From: Thermoplasmata archaeon
Lineage (GTDB): Archaea; Thermoplasmatota; Thermoplasmata; Lutacidiplasmatales; UBA184
DNA: 64,000 nucleotides
Assembly: GCA_049285595.1 (NCBI GenBank)
Contig: JBAQAF010000013.1
Span: 61,200-125,199 of the forward strand
Reading direction: 5' to 3'
Every line of letters starts with the position of its first letter. Positions within the stretch are counted from its first letter, which is position 1. A program made the translations under genes and the position numbers. The notes beneath the pieces were generated by a model. The model was not told the DNA's origin, searched no databases, and worked only from the letters and a program-made list of their open reading frames with translations. Positions 46,950 through 57,935 of this stretch are shown one piece after another.

Positions 46950-47729
46950 GTGGAGAACCCGAACGTCCGGATCGTCGACACGCGCGAGGAGTCCCTCAAG
47001 GGGGCGATGGTCGTCGTCGGATTTCCGACCCACGGCCTCGTCGGTTCGGTCGCGGCGAGCTACCTCGTCCATTCGCTCGACATGACGCTCGTCGCCTACA
47101 TGATCAGCGAGGAGTTCCCGCCGACGGTCATCATGGAAGAGGGGGTCGTCAGCGCCCCGGTCCGCCTGTACGCGAGCAAGCTGGTCTGCGGCGTCGACCG
47201 TTCCTGCGACCAGCTGGTCGTAGTCATCGCCGATATCCAGCCACCGGTCTCGATGCTCAATCAGCTCAGTCGGGTGCTTCTCGACTGGGCGGAAGCGAAG
47301 GGCGTCCAGCTGATCGTGGCGATCGAGGGTCAGCCGATCGAGAACGAGTCCGCCCGCGGCGACGCCCGCGTCGTCGCGATGGCGAATCGGGCAGCCGCGC
47401 CCCTCCTGGAGAAGTACAAGTTCCAGGCCGCGAACGGCGTCGTCACCGGGCTGGCCGGCGGGCTGTTGCTGGGAGCGATCGGCCGGACGACGCCCGTGCT
47501 TTGCTTCGTGGCGCAGGCGCACAAAGACTACCCTGACGCCCGGGCCGCTGCGAAAGTGATCGAGACGGTGAACCCTCTCGTCCCGCTGCTCGTGCTCGAC
47601 ACGAAGCCACTACGGGAGAAGGCGCGCCAGATCGAGTCCGAGGTCCGCAAGACGCTCCAGCAGACCCGGGAGTCGATGACCCGGATGCGCGCCGCCGAGC
47701 CCGAAGGGGCAGGTGAGATGTATCGCTGA
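46950..47729 (+). CDS. PAC2-family proteasome assembly chaperone-like protein
   Basis: AMVVVGFPTHGLVGSVAASYLV... is the typical archaeal PAC2 N-terminus. GTG start. Confidence 0.7.
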   Translation: MENPNVRIVDTREESLKGAMVVVGFPTHGLVGSVAASYLVHSLDMTLVAYMISEEFPPTVIMEEGVVSAPVRLYASKLVCGVDRSCDQLVVVIADIQPPVSMLNQLSRVLLDWAEAKGVQLIVAIEGQPIENESARGDARVVAMANRAAAPLLEKYKFQAANGVVTGLAGGLLLGAIGRTTPVLCFVAQAHKDYPDARAAAKVIETVNPLVPLLVLDTKPLREKARQIESEVRKTLQQTRESMTRMRAAEPEGAGEMYR

Positions 47730-48216
47730 CACGGCGCCGAGCCGCTCCGCGGCTCCGATACCGTCCGACCGGCCGCCCGTTTCCCTGCGCGGCTTTCGCC
47801 TCGGGGATGTACCGTTCGTCGCCGCGATTGTCGAGGAGGCGCTGCACGAGCGCTACGACCCGTCCCTGTACGGCTCCCTGAGCACCGAGTGGCCGGACGG
47901 CTTCCTCATTGCCGCGGGGCCGGACGACGTTCCGGTCGGCTTCCTGCTGGGAGTGAGCCAGGTCCCCGGGGAAGCGCGCGTGCTGATGTTCGCGGTCGCA
48001 CGGGGCCACCGCGCCCAGGGGATCGGCGCCGCCGTGATGGACGAGTTCCTCGAGCGGTGCCGCGCGCGCCTCTTCCGCCGGGTGACGCTCGAGGTCCGAG
48101 TGTCGAACGCCACCGCGATCCGGTTCTATGCGCGCTACCGCTACTCCGTGGTCGACCTGCTGCGGTCCTACTACTCCGACGGGGAGAACGGCTACCAGAT
48201 GGCCCGCCCGGTGTGA
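47713..48216 (+). CDS. rimI: GNAT acetyltransferase, RimI-like (ribosomal protein N-acetyltransferase)
   Basis: VLMFAVARGHRAQGIGAAVMDEFLERCRARLFRRVTLEVRVSNATAIRFYARYRY. GTG start overlapping the PAC2 stop. Confidence 0.75.
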   Translation: MRCIADTAPSRSAAPIPSDRPPVSLRGFRLGDVPFVAAIVEEALHERYDPSLYGSLSTEWPDGFLIAAGPDDVPVGFLLGVSQVPGEARVLMFAVARGHRAQGIGAAVMDEFLERCRARLFRRVTLEVRVSNATAIRFYARYRYSVVDLLRSYYSDGENGYQMARPV

Positions 48217-48266
48217 TGCCGGCCCTCAGAAGGGGCTAAGACCTCCGGCCTCGGTGGCAGGCCGCA

Positions 48267-49514
48267 ATGCCCGCTGCGTGGCCTACCGCGAGCGACCTGA
48301 TGTCCAAGCGCCCGGCGACCCTTCCGCACGACGCTCCGGTGTCGCGGGCCCTCGGCCTGATGCGCAGCCACGGCTACCACGAGGTCCCCGTCCTTCGCAA
48401 ATCCCACCTGATCGGGATGATCACCGTCGAATCGATCGCCCGACGGGTCCGCCGGGCGTTGGAAACGAAGGTCGAGCACCTCCTGATCCTTCCGCCGCTC
48501 GTCACCCCGTCGACCACGTACCCCGAGATCGCTGAGATGCTGCTCGCGGCCGGCCTGCGGGCCGCGCCCGTCGTCGGTCGGCGCGGCGAGCTGCTCGGGA
48601 TCGTCAGCCGCTCCGACCTCGTTCGCGAGCTGGGCCGCGTCCCGTTGTTCGACAAGCGCCGCCTCCCCGCGGTCGAGGAGGTCTCCCGTCCACCGGCGGT
48701 CATCGTCCGCGAGAACGATCTCTGCCGGAACCTGGTCGATCAGATCCGCCAGCTCGAAGAGCACCCGTTCCCGGTCGTTGACCGGAAGGGCCGGCTCGTC
48801 GGGGCGGTCGGAGTCAAGGACCTCACCGAAGTGCTCTGGCGCCCCACGGTCGGCGGCAAGCGCGACGCGCGGGCGGTCAGCACCGCGCTCAACGTGGAGG
48901 TCGGTTCGATCATGCACCGACCCGCCGTCACGGTTCCGACCGGCACGGACGTCATCGCGGCCGCTCGACTGATGACGGAGCAAAAGGTCTCGAGCGTCTT
49001 CGTCGTGGAGGATGGACGGCCGACCCGGGTGCTCGGGGAGTCCGACCTGCTCGGCCTCATCGTCGCGCGGAGCCGCCCGGCGCAGGGCCGCCCCCGGGTC
49101 GAGGACGTCTACGTCGAGATTACCGGCCTGCGCGGTGCCGGCGACCCCGGGCTGATCGCCGAGATCGACCAGCTGGTCGCCCGCGGCCTCGGCCGGATCA
49201 CCCGGTACTCGCACGCGAGCCTCCTCTCGCTCCACTTCGCTCCGCACGCGACGCACCGGACCAACGACCTCACGGTCGAGGCCCGGCTCCACACCGACGA
49301 CGGGATCTTCTACGCGACCCACACCGGCTGGAACCTGATGGCCGGCGTGTCGGGCCTTCTGGAGGACCTCGCCGGTCAGACCCACCGGGTCCACGAGGCG
49401 GCCCGACAGCTGACCCGGCGTCGGAAAGGATCCGCGGTGGACGAGGAGCCGGCGGTCGACGACCCCGACCTCGAACGCAAGATCCGGGCCGCGACCAGCG
49501 ACGACGGGGCGTAA
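48267..49514 (+). CDS. Four-CBS-domain protein with a C-terminal RaiA/HPF-like (S30Ae-fold) domain
   Basis: Four CBS repeats (HGYHEVPVL, RAAPVV, HPFPVVD, VSSVFVVE). The C-terminal ~110 aa (VYVEITGL...LTVEARLHTDDGIFYATHTG...LLEDLAGQTHRVHEAARQ) follow the beta-alpha-beta-beta-beta-alpha residue pattern of hibernation factors. The C-terminal call is an inference. Confidence 0.8.
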   Translation: MPAAWPTASDLMSKRPATLPHDAPVSRALGLMRSHGYHEVPVLRKSHLIGMITVESIARRVRRALETKVEHLLILPPLVTPSTTYPEIAEMLLAAGLRAAPVVGRRGELLGIVSRSDLVRELGRVPLFDKRRLPAVEEVSRPPAVIVRENDLCRNLVDQIRQLEEHPFPVVDRKGRLVGAVGVKDLTEVLWRPTVGGKRDARAVSTALNVEVGSIMHRPAVTVPTGTDVIAAARLMTEQKVSSVFVVEDGRPTRVLGESDLLGLIVARSRPAQGRPRVEDVYVEITGLRGAGDPGLIAEIDQLVARGLGRITRYSHASLLSLHFAPHATHRTNDLTVEARLHTDDGIFYATHTGWNLMAGVSGLLEDLAGQTHRVHEAARQLTRRRKGSAVDEEPAVDDPDLERKIRAATSDDGA

Positions 49515-49525
49515 CGGAGGTTCCG

Positions 49526-49924
49526 ATGCTCCCGGGGGGCGGCCGCAACCCGCGCCAGGTCGAGATGATGATGCGCCGGATGGGGATGACCACCGAACCG
49601 GTGCCGGGCGTCGAGGAGGTCATCGTACGGACCGCGACCAAGGAGCACGTCTTCCGCGCTCCGGAGGTCACGATCCTCACCGTCCAAGGGGTGCGGACGT
49701 ACCAGGTCGTCGGGAACCCCGAGATCCGGCCGAGGGGCGCGCCGACCTCCGTCGCCGGGACCGCCCCGGGACCTTCCGTGCCGGCCGGGCCGCCCGAGGA
49801 CGACGTACGCCTCGTCATGGAGCAAGCGAATGTCTCGCGGGAAGAGGCGATCGAAGCGCTCGTCGGAACGAACGGCGCCCCCGCCGAAGCGATCCTTCGG
49901 ATCCTGACCCGGGGCGGTCGGTGA
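49526..49924 (+). CDS. nac: Nascent polypeptide-associated complex protein (NAC + UBA domains)
   Basis: NPRQVEMMMRRMGM...VIVRT...VTILTVQGVRTYQVVG...VSREEAIEALVGTNGAPAEAI. GGAGG RBS. Confidence 0.9.
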   Translation: MLPGGGRNPRQVEMMMRRMGMTTEPVPGVEEVIVRTATKEHVFRAPEVTILTVQGVRTYQVVGNPEIRPRGAPTSVAGTAPGPSVPAGPPEDDVRLVMEQANVSREEAIEALVGTNGAPAEAILRILTRGGR

Positions 49925-50367
49925 CGGCCGGGCTCGGTCCGGTCCTCCAAGAGTGCGTCGAAGGGTACCTCTACGCGGCGCCGCCGCTCGAGCTACTCAT
50001 CTTCCGGCGGCCGCCGGCGCGCGGCCGGAGTTGGGTCCCGATCAGCGGAAAGGTCGAACCGAGCGATGCGACCTTCGAGGCGGCGCTCGCCCGGGAACTC
50101 GAGGAAGAGACCAGCCTCGCGCGGAACGTGAAGCTCGAACCGCTCGATTGGCACGTCCCGTTTCGCGCCGACAACGGCGACACCTGGCGCCTCCACGCCT
50201 ACGCCGTTCGGGTGCCGCGCCGCTTCGTGCCGGTGCTGAGCGCGGAGCACGAGGCGTTCGAATGGGTTTCGGCCGACGAGGCGATCCGCCGCCTGAACTT
50301 CGAGGACAATCAGGAAGCGGTCCGCCGGCTCGTGACGAAACTAAAAGGCGCCACGCCCTCGCGGTAG
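49921..50367 (+). CDS. NUDIX hydrolase
   Basis: Nudix box GKVEPSDATFEAALARELEEETSL. GTGA overlap with nac. Confidence 0.8.
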   Translation: MTAGLGPVLQECVEGYLYAAPPLELLIFRRPPARGRSWVPISGKVEPSDATFEAALARELEEETSLARNVKLEPLDWHVPFRADNGDTWRLHAYAVRVPRRFVPVLSAEHEAFEWVSADEAIRRLNFEDNQEAVRRLVTKLKGATPSR

Positions 50368-50389
50368 CTCGCGACCCGCGCCGCGCGTC

Positions 50390-50851
50390 TCAGTCGGCCG
50401 CGAAATACTTCGTGAGGGGGCCCCAGTAATGTTCGCGCCAGCCGGAGGCGATACTGGCGTACGCATCGGCGGGGACCCCGTCCTGGGAGAACTCCACCCG
50501 AGTTCCGCCCTTCACCTTCGTGAGGAGGAACTCCACGATCGAGTAGTGACCGCGGACCCAGCTGTTCGCCCGCCACGCGAGCACGATCCGCCGATCCTTC
50601 TCGAGCCGGAGGACGAATCCTTCCAGCGCCCCCCCGAAGTGAGAGAACCGTCCGCCCGGTCGCGCGACGAGGCGGGCGGGTGCTCCGGAGAATATCGAGT
50701 GCTTTCTCGCCTCGACCAAGGTCGTGTAGACCGCGTGCGGGCTCGCGGGAAGCGTGACCGTCTGCCGGATCGATCGGGTGCGGGTCAAAGTACGCTCGGG
50801 GGCCGAACTCCGGGGACTCGATAACGCCCCCGGTCCCGTTCGCCTCCCCAA
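50390..50851 (-). CDS. SRPBCC/AHSA1-like domain protein
   Basis: IRQTVTLPASPHAVYTTL...GGRFSHFGGALEGFVLRLEKDRRIVLAWR...GTRVEFSQDGVP...GWREHYW. Start uncertain (TTG about 50788 possible). Confidence 0.75.
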   Translation of the reverse strand: MGRRTGPGALSSPRSSAPERTLTRTRSIRQTVTLPASPHAVYTTLVEARKHSIFSGAPARLVARPGGRFSHFGGALEGFVLRLEKDRRIVLAWRANSWVRGHYSIVEFLLTKVKGGTRVEFSQDGVPADAYASIASGWREHYWGPLTKYFAAD

Positions 50852-50883
50852 ACGTTTAGCGTGATGGCGAGTCCGTGCGTTCG

Positions 50884-51921
50884 ATGGCCCCGGCGGTCCC
50901 CCCGAGTGCGCCCGTCCGCGTCCCGCCGGAAGTGTTCCCGGTCGTCGGCCCCGATCTGATCGCGGCCGTGCGACGCCGTGCGCCCCGCCGTATCGTGCTC
51001 CAGGTGCCGGCGGGTCTCGTGCGGGACGCGCACGAACTCGCCGCCCGGCTCCGGGACGAGGTCGGGGCCCCGGTCGATGTTGCCGCGCGCGCGTGCTTCG
51101 GGGCCTGTGACGCGCCGTCGCGGGACGAAGCTCCGAGGGCCGACCTCGCGATCGTGTTGGGGCACGCCCCGATACCGAACGCCCTTCCTGAACGGACGAC
51201 GATCTTCGTCGAGATGCGCTCTCCGGCGGGAGATGCGGCGACGCTGGCGGAGACGGTGCGGACGGGTGGCGTGCCGACCCGCCTCGGGCTCGTCGCCTCG
51301 GTCCAGCACATGGACCTCGTGACCCCGTTGGCCGAAGCCCTGCGGGCGCGGGGCTACGACATCCGGATCGGTCAGGGGGACCACCGGCTCGCCTACCCCG
51401 CGCAGGCGCTCGGATGCAACTACACGGGCGCCGAGGCCACGCGGAACGACGTCGACGCCTACCTGTTTCTTGGATCCGGGAAGTTCCATCCGATCGGTCT
51501 CGCCCTCGCGGTGGATCGACCGGTCTGGTCGATCGACCCGTTCCGGGGCGTGCTGGAGGACTCCATCGATCGCGGAGCGCTGGTCCGTGGGCGCCAGCTC
51601 CTGGTCGCTTCGGTGCGCGACGCGCGCCGCTGGGGCGTCCTTGTCTCCACGTTCGTGGGGCAGATGCGCATGCCGTCGGCCCTTGCGCTCCAGGAACGCG
51701 CCCGAGCTCGCGGATTGGTAGCGGAGATCCTCCTCGCGGACCGGATCGACCCTCGGGACCTCGAGGGCCGCTCGTTCGACGCGTACGTGAGCACCGCCTG
51801 CCCTCGGATCGCCATCGACGACGGACGCAACTATCCGAAGCCCGTGCTCACGCCGCCCGAGTTCCTGATGGCGCTGGGAGAACTCCCGCTCGAGCCGTAC
51901 CGCTTCGACACCTACCACTGA
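50884..51921 (+). CDS. dph2: Diphthamide biosynthesis enzyme Dph2 (2-(3-amino-3-carboxypropyl)histidine synthase)
   Basis: IVLQVPAGL...CFGACD...ALGCNYT...LFLGSGKFHP...VSTACPRIAIDD. GTTTAG box 25 nt upstream of ATG 50884. Confidence 0.88.
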   Translation: MAPAVPPSAPVRVPPEVFPVVGPDLIAAVRRRAPRRIVLQVPAGLVRDAHELAARLRDEVGAPVDVAARACFGACDAPSRDEAPRADLAIVLGHAPIPNALPERTTIFVEMRSPAGDAATLAETVRTGGVPTRLGLVASVQHMDLVTPLAEALRARGYDIRIGQGDHRLAYPAQALGCNYTGAEATRNDVDAYLFLGSGKFHPIGLALAVDRPVWSIDPFRGVLEDSIDRGALVRGRQLLVASVRDARRWGVLVSTFVGQMRMPSALALQERARARGLVAEILLADRIDPRDLEGRSFDAYVSTACPRIAIDDGRNYPKPVLTPPEFLMALGELPLEPYRFDTYH

Positions 51922-51950
51922 CCCCGGGCCGGCGACTCGCGCGCCCCGCT

Positions 51951-52538
51951 CTAGGGGGGGATCTCGGAGAGGAAGCGGCGATGCAGCCGCAGGTCGTTCG
52001 AAAGCTCCGGATGGAACGTCAGGCCCCAGAGGCGGCCCCCGCGCACGCCCACGATCTCCGAGCCCCGCCAGGCGATCGGGGCCGCCTCCGGACCGACCGA
52101 CAGGATCCGGGGAGCCCGGATGAAGACGCCGGGGAACGGCTCCTGTCCGAGCCCGTCAACGCGAATGAGCTCCTCGAACGAGTCGGCCTGCGAGCCGTAG
52201 TCGTTGCGACGCACGGTGACGTCGAGCATCCCGAACGTCGGCGGGTCTCGACCCGAGGCGCTCGGAGCGAGGTGCCGGGCGAGCAGGATCAGTCCGGCGC
52301 AGGTCGCGAGCACGGGGAGGCCGTTCTGAAGACGGGCGCGCAACGGCTCCCACAGCCGCGTGTCGTGGAGCAGACGGGCGATCGTCGTCGACTCCCCGCC
52401 GGGCAGGAAGAGCGCCTCGATCCGCGCGAGATCGGCCGGTGACCGCACCGCGACGACCGGTCGGCCGTTCGCCCCCTGGGCGAGGGCCCGGAGATGTTCC
52501 GGGACGTCCCCTTGGAGCGCGAGGACGCCGACGCTCAT
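51951..52538 (-). CDS. pdxT: Pyridoxal 5'-phosphate synthase glutaminase subunit
   Basis: VGVLALQGDV.EH...LFLPGGESTT...ATCAGLILL...FHPELS. Confidence 0.92.
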   Translation of the reverse strand: MSVGVLALQGDVPEHLRALAQGANGRPVVAVRSPADLARIEALFLPGGESTTIARLLHDTRLWEPLRARLQNGLPVLATCAGLILLARHLAPSASGRDPPTFGMLDVTVRRNDYGSQADSFEELIRVDGLGQEPFPGVFIRAPRILSVGPEAAPIAWRGSEIVGVRGGRLWGLTFHPELSNDLRLHRRFLSEIPP

Positions 52539-53839
52539 CCGGTGCCGCGCCGCATCTCGTCGACGATCTCCTTCGCGCGGTCGAAGCGGATCTTGTGCTC
52601 GGAGATCAGTCGGGCGACGACCCGGTCGACCTCGTCCGGACGGGCGCCCGCGCTCGCCGCCAGGTTCCGGGCGTGGAGCTCCATGTGGCCTCGCTGAATT
52701 CCCTCGGTGGCGAGGGCGCGCAGCGCCGCGAAGTTCTGGGCGAGGCCGACGGCGGCCAGGACCTCTCCGAGCTCGCGGGCGCTCTTCACTCCGAGGAGAT
52801 GGACGTTCGCCTTGGCGGTGGGATGGACCGCGGTCGCCCCGCCGATGAGGCCGACCGGCACCGGTAGCTCGATCGACCCGACCAGGTTCCCGTTCCGGTC
52901 CTTCTCGTACGTTGTGAGGGGTCGGACGACCGCGCCGTCGCCCGAGGCGAGCCAGGCAGCGTACGTGTGGGCGCCGCTCTCGATCGCGCGGAAGTCGTTG
53001 CCGGTCGCCAGGACGACGCTCGAGATGCCGTTCATGATCCCCTTGTTGTGCGTCGCGCAGCGGAACGGATCGGCGGCGGCAAACGCGTACGCGTCGAGGA
53101 TCCCCTCGACGGTCGCGGCGCCGCTCGACGTCTCGGTCTTGAGGAGATCCGCCGGGAAGGTGGCGCTCGCTCGGGCGAGGCGGTGGATCGCGAGGTTAGA
53201 GATGATGCGCAGGACCGCGCGCCCCCCGGCGAGCCGGGCGACCTCGGGGGCGAGGGCCTCGCACATCGTGTTGACTGCGTTCATCCCTCCGGCGTCGCGG
53301 GCGTCGACGAGCAGGTGGACGATCAGCATCGTTCCCCGCGTCGACGGGAGGATCCGTACTTCGATCTGCTTCGCACCCCCGCCGAACTTCACGAGGACCG
53401 GGTCCTTCGCATTCGCCGCCTCGAGGAGCGCGTCGGTCCGCTCCAGGATACGATGGCGCGCGGCGGAAGGATCGACCACGTCGAGGATCTGGATCTGACC
53501 GATCATCACCGGGGCGGTCGACTGCGCGGCGAAGCCGCCCGCGGCCCGGGCGACCTTTGCGGCGTTCGAGGCCGCCGCGACGACGCTCGGTTCCTCGATC
53601 GCCATCGGGATGAGGTAGTCCTTCCCGTTGATCCGGAAGTTCGTCGCGACCCCGAGCGGGACCGGCATCACTCCGATCACGTTCTCGATCATCCGATCGA
53701 CCGTGCCGGGGTCGATCCCGGGAGGAAATTCGTAGGACGCCCCCTCCTGTTCGGAGAGGCCGGCCCAGTCGCGGACGAACGCGCGCCGTTCGGCGATCGT
53801 GCGCTTGTAGAATCCCGGGATCTCGGATGATCCGGTCAC
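52535..53839 (-). CDS. hmgA: HMG-CoA reductase, class II (bacterial-type)
   Basis: ENVIGVMPVPLGVATNFRINGKDYLIPMAIEEPSVVAAASNAAK...ATHNKGIMNG. GTG start at 53839, in frame with track ORF 52535..54103. 4-nt overlaps with grpE upstream and pdxT downstream. Confidence 0.9.
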   Translation of the reverse strand: MTGSSEIPGFYKRTIAERRAFVRDWAGLSEQEGASYEFPPGIDPGTVDRMIENVIGVMPVPLGVATNFRINGKDYLIPMAIEEPSVVAAASNAAKVARAAGGFAAQSTAPVMIGQIQILDVVDPSAARHRILERTDALLEAANAKDPVLVKFGGGAKQIEVRILPSTRGTMLIVHLLVDARDAGGMNAVNTMCEALAPEVARLAGGRAVLRIISNLAIHRLARASATFPADLLKTETSSGAATVEGILDAYAFAAADPFRCATHNKGIMNGISSVVLATGNDFRAIESGAHTYAAWLASGDGAVVRPLTTYEKDRNGNLVGSIELPVPVGLIGGATAVHPTAKANVHLLGVKSARELGEVLAAVGLAQNFAALRALATEGIQRGHMELHARNLAASAGARPDEVDRVVARLISEHKIRFDRAKEIVDEMRRGTG

Positions 53840-54405
53840 GGCTTCTCCTCGAGCGGGGCGGCGGCGGTCGCGTCGCCCGCGTGGCCCCCGGCCGGAGGGG
53901 CGGACCGGGCGACGATCACCTTGGCCGGGCGCAACAGGCCGCCGAAGAACCGGTACCCTTGCTGGACGACCTCCGAGATCGCCCCCTCCGGGGCCACGGG
54001 ACCGGCCGGCGACTCCCCGACCGCTTCCGCCTCCTCTGAGCGGAACGGTTCCCCGACCCGGGCGACCGGCTCGACGCCCTCGTGTTTCAAGAACGTCATC
54101 CACTCCCGGTCGAGCAGGTCGAAACCTTGCCGCAGCGGATCGGAGGCCGGGAGCCCGTCGGCGGCCTTCCGTGCGGCTCGGAACGCCTCCAGGATCGGTA
54201 GCAGTTCTCGGAGCATCCCTCCTCGGCTCTGCCGAGTGATCGACTCGCGGTCCCGATCCGCGCGACGGCGATAGTTCTCGAAGTCAGCGAGGAGGTACTT
54301 GTATCGGCTCGCCCAGTCCTCGACCGGCTCGGTCGGGGGGATCGCTGCCGGCTCGACCGGCGCGGCTCCGGTCGCCGGCGGTGCCTCGGTCCGGTCGTCG
54401 GGCAT
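53836..54405 (-). CDS. grpE: Nucleotide exchange factor GrpE
   Basis: YKYLLADFENYRRRADRDRE...LLPILEAF...EGVEPV...GEPFRSEEAEAV...VVQQGYRF. Confidence 0.88.
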   Translation of the reverse strand: MPDDRTEAPPATGAAPVEPAAIPPTEPVEDWASRYKYLLADFENYRRRADRDRESITRQSRGGMLRELLPILEAFRAARKAADGLPASDPLRQGFDLLDREWMTFLKHEGVEPVARVGEPFRSEEAEAVGESPAGPVAPEGAISEVVQQGYRFFGGLLRPAKVIVARSAPPAGGHAGDATAAAPLEEKP

Positions 54406-54590
54406 GGGGTCGGACGGGCGGAGGCCAAGCCGTCATATTAGCGGTATCGGGATGCGCCCGTCCTCGACCCGACGACGGGGGATTTTCGCTTCCGTCGCAC
54501 GGGTCCCGGGCCGGCTCCGGCCCCCCCGTCGCACTGTCGTCGTGGAGCTCCGGCACGCGCCGATTTTCTTCCCGAGCCCAAGCGTTATAA

Positions 54591-56555
<1,965 letters not shown>

Positions 56556-56624
56556 CGCGGCCCGCGGCCGTCCGCCCGTCCCCGCGGCCGAACGATTTAT
56601 CGCTCCGTCCCGGTAGCGAACGCT

Positions 56625-57935
56625 GTGTCGGCCCCGACCCCGATCCTCGTCCGGGACGCTCTGCTCGTTACCCAGGACCCTTCCCGCCGGGTCGTCCGGG
56701 GCGATCTGCGCATCGAAGGCGGCCGGTTCGTCCACGTCGGCCCGGGCGCTGCCCGGGACGGCGCCGAGGAGATCGATGGGCGCACCTTCGCTGCCGTCCC
56801 CGGATTCGTCAACACCCACACCCACGTCGCGATGAGCGTGCTGCGCGGGATCGCGGACGACCGGGAGCTCTCGGGATTCCTCGAGACGCTCTTCCGCGTC
56901 GACGCGCGGCGCACCGAGGCCGACGTCGAGGTCGCCGCCCGCGCGGGGATCGCCGAGATGCTGCTCGGAGGGACGACGTCGTTCCTCGACCTCTACTACT
57001 TCGAGGACGGCGTCGCGCGCGCCGCCGAGTCGCTCGGGATCCGTGCCTTCCTCGGCTGGGCCGTCCTCGATGCGGACAAGACCACTCAGCAGGGGCGGCC
57101 GGTCGACAACGCGAAGGCGTTCATCGACCGGTGGAAGGGCCATGCCACCGTGACGCCCCTCGTCGCCCCGCAGGGCGTCTACGTCTGCGACCGCGAGACT
57201 TGGCTCGCCGCGCGGGAGCTCGCGGAGCGGTCGACCGGCCTCTGCCACTTCCATCTCTCCGAGACGCGCCGGGAGGTCCACGAGCACGAAGCGAAGACCG
57301 GTCGACGCCCCGTCGTCTGGCTCGAGGAGATCGGCTTCTTCGGACCGGGGATGGTCGCCGCCCACACCGTCTGGATCACCGGCGAGGAGATCGGTATCCT
57401 GGCCCGACGAGGGATCGGGATCGCCCACTGCCCGAGCTCGAACCTGAAGCTCGCGTCCGGTGGGCTCGCGCCGGTCCTCGAGCTGCGCGAGGCCGGTGCG
57501 GTCGTGGGGCTCGGCACCGACTCGGTGGCCAGCAACAACTCGCTCTCGATGTTCCGCGAGATGCACCTCGCGGGGCTCGTCCACAAGAACCAGCGCTGGG
57601 ACGCCTCCGTGCTTCCCGCGCAGACACTTCTCGATCTCGCGACGATCGACGGCGCCCGCCTCCTGGGACGGGCCGATCGCTTGGGGTCCCTCGAGGTCGG
57701 CAAGCAGGCCGATTTCTCTCTCGTGAGCCTCGGTCACCCGTCGCTGCTTCCCGCCCGTCCCGAAGCGATCGTCTCGCATCTCGCGTACTCGGCGGAGGCC
57801 GATGCGATCGACTCTGTGTTCGTCGCCGGACGGCCGGTCGTGCGGGGTCGAACGCTCGTGCGGGGGGACTGGAACGAGATCCGATCCGCCGCCGAGCAGG
57901 CCGCCGACCACCTGTGGGCCGATCGACCGGGCTAG
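56625..57935 (+). CDS. mtaD: Amidohydrolase, MTA/SAH deaminase-like
   Basis: PGFVNTHTHVAMS...HFHLSET...AHTVW...HCPSSNLKLASG...GTDS. GTG start. Confidence 0.85.
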   Translation: MSAPTPILVRDALLVTQDPSRRVVRGDLRIEGGRFVHVGPGAARDGAEEIDGRTFAAVPGFVNTHTHVAMSVLRGIADDRELSGFLETLFRVDARRTEADVEVAARAGIAEMLLGGTTSFLDLYYFEDGVARAAESLGIRAFLGWAVLDADKTTQQGRPVDNAKAFIDRWKGHATVTPLVAPQGVYVCDRETWLAARELAERSTGLCHFHLSETRREVHEHEAKTGRRPVVWLEEIGFFGPGMVAAHTVWITGEEIGILARRGIGIAHCPSSNLKLASGGLAPVLELREAGAVVGLGTDSVASNNSLSMFREMHLAGLVHKNQRWDASVLPAQTLLDLATIDGARLLGRADRLGSLEVGKQADFSLVSLGHPSLLPARPEAIVSHLAYSAEADAIDSVFVAGRPVVRGRTLVRGDWNEIRSAAEQAADHLWADRPG

